From Camelus ferus (lineage: Eukaryota): a DNA stretch of 64,000 nucleotides. The DNA is taken from positions 50,346,001 through 50,410,000 of the forward strand of contig NC_045707.1 of the NCBI RefSeq assembly GCF_009834535.1, written 5' to 3'. The position numbers and the translations under genes are program-made. The notes under the pieces are model-generated. The model had not been told where the DNA came from. It ran no database searches and worked only from the letters and a program-made list of their open reading frames with translations. This document shows, one piece after another, positions 62,627-64,000 of this stretch. Position 1 is the first letter of the stretch. Each line of letters starts with the position of its first letter.

Positions 62627-63294
62627 TTAAAAAAAAATTTTTAATTGAATGATAGTCAGTTTACAATGTGTCAATTTCTGGTATACAGCATAATGTTTCA
62701 GTCATACATATGCATATACATGTTTGTTTTCATGTTCTTTTTCAATACAGGTTACTATTAGATATTAACTATAGTTCCCTGTGCTATACAGAAGAAAATT
62801 GTTTATCTATTTTATTTGTAGTAGTTAGTATTTGCAAATCTTGAACTCCTAATTTATCCCTTTCCACCCCTCTTCTCCCTGTAACCACAAGTTTGTTTAC
62901 TAGGTCTGTGAGTCTGTTTCTGTTTTGTAGATAAGTTCATTTGTGTCTTCTTTTTTTTTTAATTAGATTCCACATATGAGTGATATCATATGGTATTTCT
63001 CTTTCTCTTTCTGGCTTTCTTCACTTAGAATGATAATCTTCAGGTCCATCCTGCAAATGACATTATTTTATTCCTTTTTATGGCTGAGTAGTATTTCACT
63101 GAATAAATACACCACAACTTCTTTATCCAGTCATCTGTGATGGACATTTAGGTAGCTTCCATGTCTTGGCTATTGTACATAGTGCTTTTATGAACATTGG
63201 GGTGCATGTATCTTTTTGAATGAGAGTTCCCTCGAAATATATGCCCAGGAGCAGGACGGCTGGATCATAGGGTAAATCTATTTTTAGTTTTTTG
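62627..63294 (-). mobile_element. 5'-truncated L1, older relative of the 43279 copy
   Basis: Collinear with 43290-43935 but more diverged; TSD CATTCCCTCTACTTT (62612-62626) / CATTTCCTCTACCTT (63295-63309). Confidence 0.93.
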
Positions 63295-63924
63295 CATTTC
63301 CTCTACCTTAAGACTACAATTTTTTCTACCTTATTACAATTCAAGATCTTTTTTCCCCTGCCAACGTCTTCTTGAATTAAGAAAATAACTCCACTTTTTG
63401 GAGAAAATGGAAATCTTTGAAATATTTTTCTGTTTGGAAATATATTTCCCATCATTTGTTTTTATCTCAAAACTCTTCTATTATGATTTAAGTCATTCTT
63501 TCTTCCAACCTACTTTTCTGGCCTTATCTTTCACTATACCCCACTTCCTCCTCAGTGCTCTAGTCAAAACCAGCAGCTTCTGTGTGACTAAGATGCCCCA
63601 CGCTTTCCATCTCCCTGTCTCTGCTCACCATGTCTTTGCCCCAGAAGCCCTTCCTCCAACATCTCCACCTACCTAATCCTACTCAGTTCCAAGCGCCAGC
63701 TTCTAGGCCAGCTCTTTCATGAAGATGTGTCTCCTGAAGAGACAGTTAAGTTTACTGTTCTCTGGACAACTAGAGCACCTTTTAATTCTTTTTGGATTTG
63801 TAGCAATAATGCATGGCTACTTGTGTATACTTGTGTATATTTCTCTTCTTTTTCTATTGTAATGTCGGCTTACAGAAAGCAGGATTAATACCTTTTATTA
63901 CATTGCTTATAAAAACTTTTTATT

Positions 63925-64000
63925 TATTTAGATACTATGAAATTATAATTATATGTAATATAATTATAATATTATTTATAATTATAATAATATATACTAA
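63925..64000. repeat. AT-rich low complexity running to window end
   Basis: AATTATAATTATATGTAATATAATTATAAT... Confidence 0.85.

Noticed and set aside
1..64000. Short six-frame ORFs as host genes
   Set aside because: Apart from L1 ORF2 and ERV-L pol pieces, none resembles a known protein; lengths fit chance and many overlap repeats or low-complexity DNA.
1..64000. Excess of minus-strand L1/LTR copies as evidence of a plus-strand host transcript
   Set aside because: Roughly 9 minus versus 5 plus L1 fragments is too few to be significant.

Overview
Non-coding, repeat-rich (AT-rich, CpG-depleted) mammalian genomic DNA, most likely from a camelid: it carries a tRNA-derived SINE of the Vic-1 type and young L1 copies whose 3' UTR I associate with camelids. 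No host protein-coding gene, RNA gene, CRISPR array or prokaryotic system could be supported. The only recognisable protein homologies are retroelement fragments: L1 ORF2 (an intact C-terminus at 43599-44111 and a short fragment near 3955-4048) and a degraded ERV-L pol fragment (41712-42122). The window holds an age series of L1 insertions with readable target-site duplications, one probable twin-primed (inverted) L1, solo LTRs (MLT1, MLT2, MER21-like, ERV1-like), L2, MIR, MER5 and MER58 fossils, and long simple-sequence tracts. The best non-repeat leads are a CpG-retaining segment at about 40.9-41.6 kb and a 39-nt exon-like unit with strong splice signals at 58607-58645; these could belong to an unrecognised plus-strand transcript, but that is inference. 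Repeat family names come from recalled consensus sequences and boundaries of old elements are approximate. I found no convincing novel biological system.
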